From an uncultured Chloroflexia bacterium (GTDB lineage: Bacteria; Chloroflexota; Anaerolineae; CG2-30-64-16), in contig CAWEMM010000011.1 in the NCBI GenBank assembly GCA_963810095.1, positions 301,844 to 365,843 of the forward strand: a DNA stretch of 64,000 bases. Direction: 5' to 3'. The notes below the pieces were generated by a model. That model was not told the DNA's origin. It did no database searches and saw nothing but the letters and a program-made list of their open reading frames with translations. Position 1 is the stretch's first letter, and each line of letters begins with the position of its first letter. Below, one piece after another: positions 20,675 through 30,400 of the stretch. The translations under genes and the position numbers were made by a program.

Positions 20675-21645
20675 CGATCGTATCCGTTTGGAAATCTGCT
20701 GCGCCACTCCCACGCACTAGCCATGATATCGATCAGGCCGGCCACCCGGGGCTGCCAGCCCAAGAGCTCGCGCGCACACGTAGCATCCGCCACCAGGATC
20801 GCCGCGTCGCCGGGCCGCCGCGGAAACTCGTCGGCGGGGATGGCATGGCCGGTCACCTGCCGGGCTGCGTCGATCACCTCCCGCACCGAATAGCCCGCAC
20901 CGTTGCCGAGATTGCAGGTGAGCGAATCGTGCCTTGCAAGTGCGTCCAGCGCCAGCACGTGAGCCGACGCCAGGTCGCTCACGTGGATGTAGTCGCGGAT
21001 GCAGGTTCCGTCGCGCGTGGGGTAATCCGTGCCGTAGATTCTGATCTTCTCGCGCTTACCCTGCGCCACCTGCAGCACCAGCGGGATGAGGTGGCTCTCA
21101 GGCTGGTGATCCTCGCCCAGCCGGCCCATTGCGCCGCACGCGTTGAAGTAACGCAGGACGCCGTAGCGCAGCCCCTTGATCTGCCGGTACCACGCCAGCA
21201 TCTGCTCGACCCACAGCTTCGACGCGCCATACGCGTTGACCGGCGCAATGGGGTCGGTCTCCTTGATCGGCTCGTCCTGCCCTGCGTACACCGCCGCGGT
21301 CGACGAAAAGACGAAGCGCCCGACGCCGTGCCGCACCGCGTTCTCGATCAGGTTGAGCGCGCCGCAGGTATTGTTCTCGAAGAACTTGCCGGGATCGATC
21401 ATCGACTCGCCGGCCTCGATGTAGGCAGCAAAATGGATGATGGCGTCGAAGCCACGAGACATGCATCCCGCGACGGCCTCCTTGTCACGGATGTCGCCCT
21501 GACAGAATGCAGCGCCCTGCGCAAGCGCAGCCCTGTGCCCTGTGACCAGGTTATCGAACACGGTTACGTCGTGGCCTGCCTCGAGCAGCGCGGCGGTAGT
21601 GACGCTGCCGATGTAGCCCGCGCCCCCGGTGACCAAGACCCTCAT
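20671..21645 (-). CDS. galE: UDP-glucose 4-epimerase
   Basis: VTGGAGYIGS, FSSTAAVY, YGASK, LRYFNACG, DGTCIRDYIHV, RRPGD. Confidence 0.95.
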   Translation of the reverse strand: MRVLVTGGAGYIGSVTTAALLEAGHDVTVFDNLVTGHRAALAQGAAFCQGDIRDKEAVAGCMSRGFDAIIHFAAYIEAGESMIDPGKFFENNTCGALNLIENAVRHGVGRFVFSSTAAVYAGQDEPIKETDPIAPVNAYGASKLWVEQMLAWYRQIKGLRYGVLRYFNACGAMGRLGEDHQPESHLIPLVLQVAQGKREKIRIYGTDYPTRDGTCIRDYIHVSDLASAHVLALDALARHDSLTCNLGNGAGYSVREVIDAARQVTGHAIPADEFPRRPGDAAILVADATCARELLGWQPRVAGLIDIMASAWEWRSRFPNGYDR

Positions 21646-21698
21646 CAGGATTCCTCCCCCGTTAGCGTCGCGGAACTTGCCATTCCTTGCGACACGGA

Positions 21699-22247
21699 TC
21701 AACGTTTGAGATCGGCGAGATGTTCTTTACGAAACTTGGCTACCTTCGGCGCAATAATGGCCTGACAGTAGCCCTGGTAGGGGTTGCGCGCAAAATACTC
21801 CTGGTGATACGCCTCGGCCGGGTAGAACCGCTCAAACGGCGTAATCTCCGTGACGATGCGCCTGTCCCATAACTTTCTCGCAGTCAGATCGGCAATCACC
21901 TGCTCGGCCGTCGCCTTCTGCTCGGGCGAATGATAGAAAATGGCCGAGCGATACTGGGGGCCCACGTCCGCGCCTTGGCGGTTGAGCGTCGTCGGGTCGT
22001 GGATGGTGAAGAACACTTCGAGGATTTGCCGGAAGGAGATGACTGCGGGATCGAATGTCACCTGCACGACTTCCGCGTGCCCCGTGCGCCCGCCGCACAC
22101 CTGCTCGTAGCTCGGCTCCACGACCTGTCCGCCGGAATAGCCCGACACGACGTCGGTGACCCCCCGCAACTGATCGTAGACCGCCTCCAGGCACCAAAAA
22201 CAGCCACCCCCGAGGGTGGCAACTTCAAGATTGTTGTTCTCGGGCAT
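21699..22247 (-). CDS. msrA: peptide-methionine (S)-S-oxide reductase
   Basis: GGGCFWCLE, GHAEVV, HDPTTLNRQG, AEAYHQEY. Confidence 0.95.
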   Translation of the reverse strand: MPENNNLEVATLGGGCFWCLEAVYDQLRGVTDVVSGYSGGQVVEPSYEQVCGGRTGHAEVVQVTFDPAVISFRQILEVFFTIHDPTTLNRQGADVGPQYRSAIFYHSPEQKATAEQVIADLTARKLWDRRIVTEITPFERFYPAEAYHQEYFARNPYQGYCQAIIAPKVAKFRKEHLADLKR

Positions 22248-22258
22248 CGTAGCTCCTG

Positions 22259-22374
22259 AATAGGACACTGATTTTACTGATGCAACAGACTACCCTGATC
22301 TTCGCAGCGCTACCGCAAGCAAGTTTCCGAAGGATCACGGCGATCGGTCAAATCAGTCTAATCAGCGTCCTATT
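22259..22374. repeat. MITE/REP-like palindromic element (aataggacactgat family)
   Basis: Terminal IRs aataggacactgatt / aatcagcgtcctatt; second copy at 37938-38033. Confidence 0.8.
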
Positions 22375-22387
22375 GAGCTTACGTCGC

Positions 22388-23872
22388 TTACTTGATGCCC
22401 ATCGTCAGGTTGTACTCTTCGATGGCCGCAGTCACGGATGCGGCGGCCTTGTCGAGCGCCTGCTGCGGCGTCGACTTGCCTGCCAGCACCTCTTCGATCG
22501 CGCCTTCGATGGTGGCGCGGGCGCTGGGGAAGACGCCGATCAGGCCGCCCTGGGTGAAGCGGTTGTTCGGCGACGCGTGCAGCTGGTCGATCGCGGTCTG
22601 GAACGCCGGGTACTTGGCGCGCCATTCTTTGTCAAGCGCTTCGTCGTAAGCGGCCTTGCGGATCGGGTAGTAGCCCGACATGGTGTGCCAGTAAGCCTGC
22701 TGCGGCGGTGCTGAGACGAACTTGATGAACTCCCACGCGCACTGCTGCTCTTCCGCGGGCCGGTCCTTCAGGATCCAGACCGAGGCGCCGCCGATGATCG
22801 TGCCCGACTTGTTGTAGGCTTCCTCATTGGGGCGCGGCAGGTAAGCCGTGCCGAGCTCAAACTTGCCCTTCGCGCCGTCCATCATGCCGCGCAGCGTGGC
22901 AGTCGATTCGATGATCATGGCGGTCTGCCCGGCCATGAACGCGTTGCGGGTGTCGACGGTCTTGCGGCCGAGGTTGCCCATCGTGCCCGCGTCGTACATC
23001 CGCTTCCAGAGGTCGAGGACCGCAACGCCTTCGGGGCTGTTGAACACGGCCTTGGTGGCAGGCGCCGCCCGGCCGTTCTCGTTGTCCGCATAGTACGCGC
23101 CGGATGCGGCCAGGAGTTGCTCGAAGAACCAGCCGTAGATGGCCCAGGTGGCGCCGGGCACGGTGACTTTGCCGTTGGCGTCCTTCTGCGTCAGCTTGGC
23201 GGCGGCATCTTCGAACTCGGCCCAGGTGCGCGGCGGCTTCTCAGGGTCCAGCCCGGCCTTCTTGAACATGTCCTTGTTGTAGTAAAGCATCGGGTTGGAC
23301 GTATTGAACGGCATCGACCACTGCTTGCCGTCGACGGTGTAGTAGGCCAAGACGTTCGGCTCGAGGTCGGAGACGTCGTACTTCTCCTTGTCGATGAAGT
23401 CCTGTACCGGCGTCGCCACCTTGAGGTCAACCATCAGGCGGGTGCCGATGTCAAACAGCTGGACGACCGCGGGGATCGCCTTCGACTGCAGGCCGGCCTT
23501 GAGCTTGTTGAGCGAGTCATCATACGAGCCCTGGTAGGTCGGCGTGACGTAGCACTTCTCCTGCGACATGTTGAAGTCGGTGGCGAGCTTGGGGATCGCC
23601 TTGCCGCCGATGTCGCCGGCCATGCTGTGCCAGAAATCGATCTTAACGGCGCCCGGCGGAACGGGCGCGCCCGTGGGCGTGGGCGGCGGGGTGTTCGTCG
23701 GCGCGGCCGCAGTGCCGGCCGGGGCGGTGGTTGCTGCGGCTGCGGCCGGAGCTTGCGTCGCCGCGGCCTGCGGCGCGGCGGTTGGCGCTGGCGCCGCGGG
23801 CGTCGCGCACGCGGACAGCACCATGCTGAGCACCACCAGGATGCACAGCACTGACCAAAGGGACCTCTTCAT
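22388..23872 (-). CDS. carbohydrate ABC substrate-binding lipoprotein, UgpB-like
   Basis: Lipobox LSAC, Ala/Pro linker, IDFWHSM, MPFNTSNPMLYYNKD, GGASVWI. Confidence 0.85.
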   Translation of the reverse strand: MKRSLWSVLCILVVLSMVLSACATPAAPAPTAAPQAAATQAPAAAAATTAPAGTAAAPTNTPPPTPTGAPVPPGAVKIDFWHSMAGDIGGKAIPKLATDFNMSQEKCYVTPTYQGSYDDSLNKLKAGLQSKAIPAVVQLFDIGTRLMVDLKVATPVQDFIDKEKYDVSDLEPNVLAYYTVDGKQWSMPFNTSNPMLYYNKDMFKKAGLDPEKPPRTWAEFEDAAAKLTQKDANGKVTVPGATWAIYGWFFEQLLAASGAYYADNENGRAAPATKAVFNSPEGVAVLDLWKRMYDAGTMGNLGRKTVDTRNAFMAGQTAMIIESTATLRGMMDGAKGKFELGTAYLPRPNEEAYNKSGTIIGGASVWILKDRPAEEQQCAWEFIKFVSAPPQQAYWHTMSGYYPIRKAAYDEALDKEWRAKYPAFQTAIDQLHASPNNRFTQGGLIGVFPSARATIEGAIEEVLAGKSTPQQALDKAAASVTAAIEEYNLTMGIK

Positions 23873-23981
23873 CTCTTTCTCCTCTCGACGATGAAAGATC
23901 GGCGGGCGCCTGGACGGCTGTCCTTGGGTGCTCTGCCGCCACAGACGGTCCTGTGAAGCGGCAAAGCAGCCAGGTGAAAGG

Positions 23982-24816
23982 TCAGCCCTTAACCGCGCCC
24001 GCCGTGAGACCGCGAATCAGTTGGCGGTTGCCAACGATGAACAGGATGAACGTCGGGATGAGGATCAACACGACGCCCGCCATGACGATGTTGAACATAA
24101 ACCGCTCCTGGTCTTGCAGCAGCGCGATGCCGATCTGCACGGTCCGCATCTGCTGGTTGTTCGTGATGAGGAGCGGCCACAGGTACTGGTTATAGGTCTG
24201 CAGAAAACTGTAGACCGCGAGGGTGCCCAGGGCCGGCCGTGCCAGGGGCAGGACGATGGTCGTCAGGAACCGGAGGTCGCCGCTGCCGTCGATCGTCGCT
24301 GCGTCGTGCAGCTCGTTTGGCAGCGTGAGGAAGAACTGGCGCAGCAGGAACGTGCCGAATGCGGTGGCAACGAACGGAGCGCTGAGCCCCTGGAAGGTGT
24401 CGGTCCAGCCAATCGACTTGATCGTCAGGTAGTTCGGGATGATCGTCGCTTCCCACGGAATCATCATGGTGGACAGGAAGACCAGGAACAGCAAGTTGCG
24501 GCCGTGGAACTTGATGAACGCGAAGGCGTAGGCCGCGAGGCTGGCCGTGATCAACTGGCCGAGCATCACGATGGTCGACTGGACGACGCTGTTGAAGAGG
24601 TAGCGCGCGAGGGGCGCCTGTTCAAGCGCGCTCTTGAAGTTGTCCAGCGTCAGCTGCGTCGGGTCGCAGCAGCGGCGGATAGGAGGCGACCTCCGCGTCG
24701 GTAAGCTGGCTGATGGTGAAGGCCGACCACAGCGGGAAAAGCACGAGCAGCGCGACGATGACCAGCAGCGCGTACCAGAAGATGCCTGAAACAGTGCGAC
24801 GTTGTGCGAAGGTCAT
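23982..24816 (-). CDS. carbohydrate ABC permease, UgpE-like (frameshift near 24660)
   Basis: FGTFLLRQFF...DAATIDG EAA loop, NQYLWPL, GLTAGAVKG end. Confidence 0.85.
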
Positions 24817-24828
24817 GCGGCGAATCCT

Positions 24829-25788
24829 CTATTCGTAGTGGACCCGTTTCTCCACCACCCCGAACTGGACGACGGTCAGGGCGAGGATGATCAAGAAGAG
24901 CATGATCGACTGCGCGGCCGCGTAGCCGTACTTGCCGTTGAAGTAGAACTCCCGGTAGATCGAGTAGACGAGCGTGTTCGTCGACTCGAGCGGCCCGCCC
25001 GCGGTCATGACATGGATTTGCGTGAACACCTGGAACGCGGCGAGCGAATCGACGATCAGCAGGAAGAAGAGCGTCGGCGAGAGGAGCGGCAGCGTGATGT
25101 GCCGGAACTTGGCCCACGATGTCGCACCGTCAATCATCGCGCTCTCGTACAGCTCGTCCGAGATGCCCTGCATGCCGGCAAGCAAAATCACGGTGTTGAG
25201 CCCGAGCGATAACCAGACTGTGGTGAACGCGACCGAGAGCAGTGCCGTCTGGTCGCTGATCAGCCATGGCACGGCCGGGATGCCGAACAGGCTTAAGATG
25301 TAGTTCAGCCAGCCAAGGACCGGATGGTAGAGATAGGTAAAGATGAGGGCAGCAGTGGCGCCGGAAACCGCAATGGTGATGGAGAACACCAGGCGGAAAA
25401 TATCGATGCGGCGCAGACGTAGGTTGCCCAGCAATGCGAGCGCCATGGCGACGACGAGGGTGGTCGGCACGGTATAGAGCACGAACTGGACCGAGCGCAG
25501 GAGGCTGTTTCGGAACTCGGGCGAGGCGAACAGGCGCTGGTACTGCAGCGTGCCCACGAACTTCACTGCCCGGCCCAAGGGATCGGTCAGGTACGTGCTG
25601 AGCTTGATCGACTGCAGGAGCGGGATGAAGACAAAAGCAACGAAGATGATGAGCGCGGGCGTGAGAAAGAGCAACGCCTTAAGGAAGGACTTGATTTCGC
25701 GCTGCTGGGGCCCGGTGAGCCCGAAAGGACCCGTGGGTAGAACCCGGACGCTGCCGGCCGGCGAACTGCCAGTAGTGGACTTGGTCAT
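24829..25788 (-). CDS. carbohydrate ABC permease, UgpA-like
   Basis: ELYESAMIDGA...ITLPLLSPT, QVFTQI..MTAGGP. Confidence 0.88.
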   Translation of the reverse strand: MTKSTTGSSPAGSVRVLPTGPFGLTGPQQREIKSFLKALLFLTPALIIFVAFVFIPLLQSIKLSTYLTDPLGRAVKFVGTLQYQRLFASPEFRNSLLRSVQFVLYTVPTTLVVAMALALLGNLRLRRIDIFRLVFSITIAVSGATAALIFTYLYHPVLGWLNYILSLFGIPAVPWLISDQTALLSVAFTTVWLSLGLNTVILLAGMQGISDELYESAMIDGATSWAKFRHITLPLLSPTLFFLLIVDSLAAFQVFTQIHVMTAGGPLESTNTLVYSIYREFYFNGKYGYAAAQSIMLFLIILALTVVQFGVVEKRVHYE

Positions 25789-25844
25789 TGTCTCGCTCGG
25801 TCAATGGTCACTGCAATGTGCCCAATGCAACGGAGGGCAGTTCG

Positions 25845-25873
25845 AGTATAACAGATGGCGCGAGGCGCGTCAA
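25845..25873 (-). promoter_or_regulatory. sigma70-type promoter for the Ugp-like ABC operon
   Basis: Minus strand TTGACG-17 bp-TATACT. Confidence 0.65.
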
Positions 25874-25906
25874 TGCGACGGCGCAGGCTTTGGGCGCACG
25901 CCGCGT

Positions 25907-27304
25907 TCAGCCGCCCTTTGTGAGGCTGAATGTGAACTTGCCCGTACGGTTACCGTTGGCGGACACCCCGTTGGCGTCGCGCGCACGCACCACGTAGAAG
26001 TAGTTGTGCTGTACGTCGAACGCGACGTCGGGCTGGCTGAAGCTCAATGCGGCACTATCCTGGTCCGGCGTGCTGTCGGGCGTGAAGTAGGGGTCGCTGG
26101 CGAACCAGACCCGGTATCCCGTCGCGCCCGTCACGGCGTCCCACGAGAGCTCCACGTCGTCGGTGCCCGAGGGGATGCGGATGCGAACGCGTGGGGCGGC
26201 GAGGCCGAGAATGACACGTGCGAGCTTATTTCGCCCCTGGTCGACCAGCCACACATCGCCACCTGCCGCAATGCCGAAGGGCGCCGCGTCGACAGGCATG
26301 CGAAATGTCTGCCAGTCACCCTGCGTATAGAGTGCGGTGTAGGTCTGAGCGACCCAGGCAGGTGTGGGTGCCGAAGAGGTGACGGTCGTCGCGGGTGAGG
26401 GCGTCACCGGAGCGCAGTCGGGGGTTACAGGCCGGGAACCGCGCTTGCTAGTGCGGCCCGTGCCGCCCGTGGCGCCGGTGCTGAAGTGGCCGAACGCCGA
26501 CGGTCCGCTCGGGTCCAGCATCGTCAGCCAGATCAGGTTGCCGTCGATCGACAGCAGTTCTGGGTAGAGGCTTTGAGGCAAGTCAAACTCGGTGTAGTTG
26601 TCCTGCCCCGGCGTCAGCCGGCCCAGGTAGTCGAGCCCGGCGTCGCTCCACCAGACATTGTGGCTCGCATCCACGGCAACGCCGAGCGGATTGGCCGACG
26701 AGCGCAGCGGCCACCAATACCAGGTGTTCTTGCTCGCATCGAACTGCACGATGCGAAGGTTGTAGGAGTCTCCAAGCCAGACGCTCGCACCGTCGGTCGT
26801 AACATACGTGCCCACCCCGCCGTCGGGGATCAGGTACTTGCAGAGGTTATTGGTGTTCGGGTTTAGGCTGTACAGGTACGACAGCCAGTAGTCGGACGCC
26901 CAGACGACGCCCTGGCTGTCAATCGCGGTCGTATACAGGCCACCACTCCCTGTGACCTGCCAGGAAGTCCGCTGATTGTTGCCCGTGTCCAGGCGGTTGA
27001 GACGGTCTGAGCCGAGGTCGCCCCACCAAACCTTCCCTGCGCCGTCGCCACGGGCGTCGGACGGCTGCCCGCCCACGCTGTACACCTCGAGCGCGCCCGT
27101 GCCGGTGTCGAAGCGCCAGAGCTCGGCGGGCGACTGGTGCGTCACCCACAGCATCCCCTGCCCGTCGAGGTTCGCCTGGAACGGCTGGCCCTCGGGCGCC
27201 AGGTTGGTTTCCTCGCCCGTCTGGTCTCCGGCGAACGCGGGCGCGGCAACCAGCGCAAGGCACGTAGCGAGCATGACGGCAAAGACAGCGGGGGCTCTGC
27301 GCAT
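25907..27304 (-). CDS. secreted beta-propeller (Vgb-lyase/NHL-like repeats) with C-terminal Fn3-like domain
   Basis: Signal peptide ending APAFA; repeated D..G.VW..D blades; tail LSWDAV...YRVW...PYFTP...YFYVVRA...NRTGKFTFSLTKGG. Confidence 0.75.
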   Translation of the reverse strand: MRRAPAVFAVMLATCLALVAAPAFAGDQTGEETNLAPEGQPFQANLDGQGMLWVTHQSPAELWRFDTGTGALEVYSVGGQPSDARGDGAGKVWWGDLGSDRLNRLDTGNNQRTSWQVTGSGGLYTTAIDSQGVVWASDYWLSYLYSLNPNTNNLCKYLIPDGGVGTYVTTDGASVWLGDSYNLRIVQFDASKNTWYWWPLRSSANPLGVAVDASHNVWWSDAGLDYLGRLTPGQDNYTEFDLPQSLYPELLSIDGNLIWLTMLDPSGPSAFGHFSTGATGGTGRTSKRGSRPVTPDCAPVTPSPATTVTSSAPTPAWVAQTYTALYTQGDWQTFRMPVDAAPFGIAAGGDVWLVDQGRNKLARVILGLAAPRVRIRIPSGTDDVELSWDAVTGATGYRVWFASDPYFTPDSTPDQDSAALSFSQPDVAFDVQHNYFYVVRARDANGVSANGNRTGKFTFSLTKGG

Positions 27305-27445
27305 GGTGGCAACTCCGTCCGGCGAGCCGTGTAGGGCCAGGCTGGGACCGGGGGCCGCGGCCGGGCCTCCTGTACGAAGGCCCGGCGGCAGGGTAGTCGA
27401 TGGCCGGGAGCGGAGGACTGCTCCGCTCCCGGAAAGACTCAGGAC

Positions 27446-30400
27446 TCAGGGCGCCGCGTCAGGCTCAAAGTCGATGGGCGCGAACCCATTCGCCTTGACC
27501 GTAATCGCGGTGGACAGCTTGTGATCCGGCACCTTCACGGTGTAGGTCGCTGCCTTGGCCGTGTGTTTGTACGGGTACATGTAGTACCCGTCTTCGTCCG
27601 TGTAGACGGTTGCCAGCACCGCGCCCTTCGGGTTGTAGATGACGACCTTCTGGTTGGCGTGCGCTGCCCCGTCGTACTTTGCCGTCGACGTCACGAAGCC
27701 CAGGAAGCCCGCAAACTTCTTGAACTGGTTGTAGCTGGATGGCGTCGTGACCGCCGTGTCGCTGCCCACGGTGCGGCCGAAGTTGTAGACCTCGTAACCG
27801 TGGATGGTGACCGCTCCACCGCCGAAGCCGGTCTGGTTCAGGACGTCGGCGATACTGGTGTTGGACACCGGATTCAGGGTAGAGGTGCCTGGCTGCTTCC
27901 AACTGCCGGTCTTCTTCAGGCCGTAGTCCAGGTGGATCGTCACGTACACGAGGCCGGTCGCCGGCACCTTGCCGCTGACCGTCACGGTCGTGTAGCTGCC
28001 GAGGTTCTTGGTCGCATAGTCCTCCGGCGTGATGATCTGGTTGCCCGCGCTGGAGGTCGGCGTCATGGACTGGGTCATGATGGTGAAGCCGCTCAGGCTC
28101 GGGTTCGGGCTGTAGCAGCCGGCGGCGGTCAGGCTCGTCCCGTCATGCACCTGGATCGGGTTGCCCGCGCCTTCCTGGGTCATGAACGGATACGGCACCT
28201 GGATCTTCATCGTGAAGGTCGAGCCCGGCGTGCCGGAGTAGAAGCCGTTCATGTAGAACTGGCCCGGGTTCGACGCCTGCAGCCGGTAGATGTTCGGCGC
28301 CACCTCCAGGTGGTAGTTCAGCCGGAACTGGTTGTTCAGCCAGCGGGCAGAAGGAGGTGTCGGTCAGCTGGCTCGCGCGGCGCCACGGTCACGGTATGAT
28401 CGTCCGTGTCCAGTCACGTCGTTCGGGAAGCCGGCCGGGTTGTAGTGAACGGTGACGACGTTCTTGATCGTCTTCGGCTGCAGGCCCACGTCGGGCACCG
28501 TGTAGGTGGCCGTGAAGGAGCAGGTGCCGTTGTAGACCAGGTTGTCGCACCCGGCCGCCTGCGCGCCGCCTTCAGGTCGCCGAGAACGTCGTCGTTCACA
28601 CTGACCAGCATCAGGTTCGGGCTGTCGCTCGAGCTCTTGTTGGTGATCGTGAAGTCGTAGGTGATCACGTCGCCCGAGGTCGCATACGCCGGCCCGGTCT
28701 TGACGATCTCGACCGCCGGCTGGAACAGGTTCGTGCTCCACTGCGAGCTGTCGCTGACCGAGAAGGTGGAACTGCCCACGACCGGCGCCGTCGCCGCCAC
28801 CGGCTTGCAGATCACCGACGCAGTGTTGAGGAACGGATCGGCAGCACCGGCCGGGATGGTGAACGCCTGGGTCGAGGTGTCGCTTGCACCAGACGCCAGG
28901 GTCACCGTCTTGTTGAAGCCAATCTTCGCGTCGCTGATCGTGCAGGACAGGTCGCGCAGGTTGGCGACAGCCGGGGTGTGTGTTGTCGAGCTTGATCGAG
29001 TACGTCACGCCGTCGCCGATTTTGCTCAGCGCGTCGCCCGTCTTGGTCAGCTCGATCTGCGGCCAGTAGCAGGCCACGTCCACCTTGGCGGTGTCCTTCT
29101 GCCCGGTCTCGTTGATCTTGGCCGTGTTGAGAACGCCGTAGCTATACTTGCCGTCAGTGTACTTGCTGGCGTCCGTCGAGCAGGCGAAGTCCTTGGTGTA
29201 GGTCCATTCGCCCGCCTCCGGTTCGCACTCCAGTTCTCGCCGGTCAGGTTGTCGTCGTCCACGGTGATGACGGGGTTGATCTCGGTCGGGTTCGTGAACT
29301 CGAAGGCCTTCGTCCCGGTGGCCGAGCCGGCGGGCGTGAAGTAGGTCACGTTATCCCAGGTCGCGGTGGCCGTATTCGACCCCTTGTAGGAGGCCGGCAT
29401 CGAAACCCAGGAGCACGTATACTTCAAGTTCACCAAGCTGTTAGCCGGGACACTCACCTACCATCCTCATAGCCACCACACATGTTCCGCCGTTGTCGAC
29501 CTTGTCGGACACGTCGGCAACGATGGCTTCCCAGTCGTTCGGGTTGCTGACGGTGATCGTGCCAACGACCTTCCACGCGCTGTCCGTCGAGGTCGGCGCA
29601 ACGGTGACCTTGTAGCCGTGTGTCACCGTGTCGCCCGCGAACAGGTTGTAGCTTCCGTCGAAGTCCTTCGTGATCGTCCAGGTCCACGTGCGGGTGAAGG
29701 TGGGGACAGCCGTCTTCGAGACCGTCAGATCCTTCCCAACACACACCGTGACCTTCTGCGGGTCGGACTGATCCGTCTCGTCGATCATCGCCGTGTTGGT
29801 GTAGTCCGTGCACTTCCCGCCGAGGCCCTGCTTGTCCAGCGAGTACTTGTACTCGAACGGGCCCGTTATAGTAGTCGCTCGTGCCCACCGTGACCGGGTT
29901 CAGCGGGTCGGTCTTGTCGTCGACCACCGTGATGGTCTTGTTCGTCTCGCCCTTCAATCCGAGCGTGAGGCCGCCTCCCCCGAAGCCGTACCCGTCGGGG
30001 TGAAGTACGTCGCCGCCACCCAGGTCGCCGTCGCCGTATTCTTCCCCGTGTAGCTCGGCTGGCTGGTAAACGTGCAGCTGTAGTTGAGCGTCACCGACTG
30101 CCCCGCCGGCACGACCACGTTCGTGCCGCCCGTGACGGTGCAGCTCCCGCCGCCGTCGTAACTGTCAGTCACGTTGGCCGTGATGGCCTCCCAGTCGTTC
30201 GGGTTGCTTACCTTGATCGTACCGCCCAGCATCCAACCGCTGTCCGTGTAGCCGTCGGGCGTTACTTTGACGGTATAGTTGAACATCGCCGTCCCACCCT
30301 GGGCGATCTCGATCCGCTTGTCGTCCACGCCCTTGTCGATCTTCCACTTGTACGTCCGGTCGAACGTCCCCGCCGCCGTCTTCGAGACCGTCAGGTCCTT

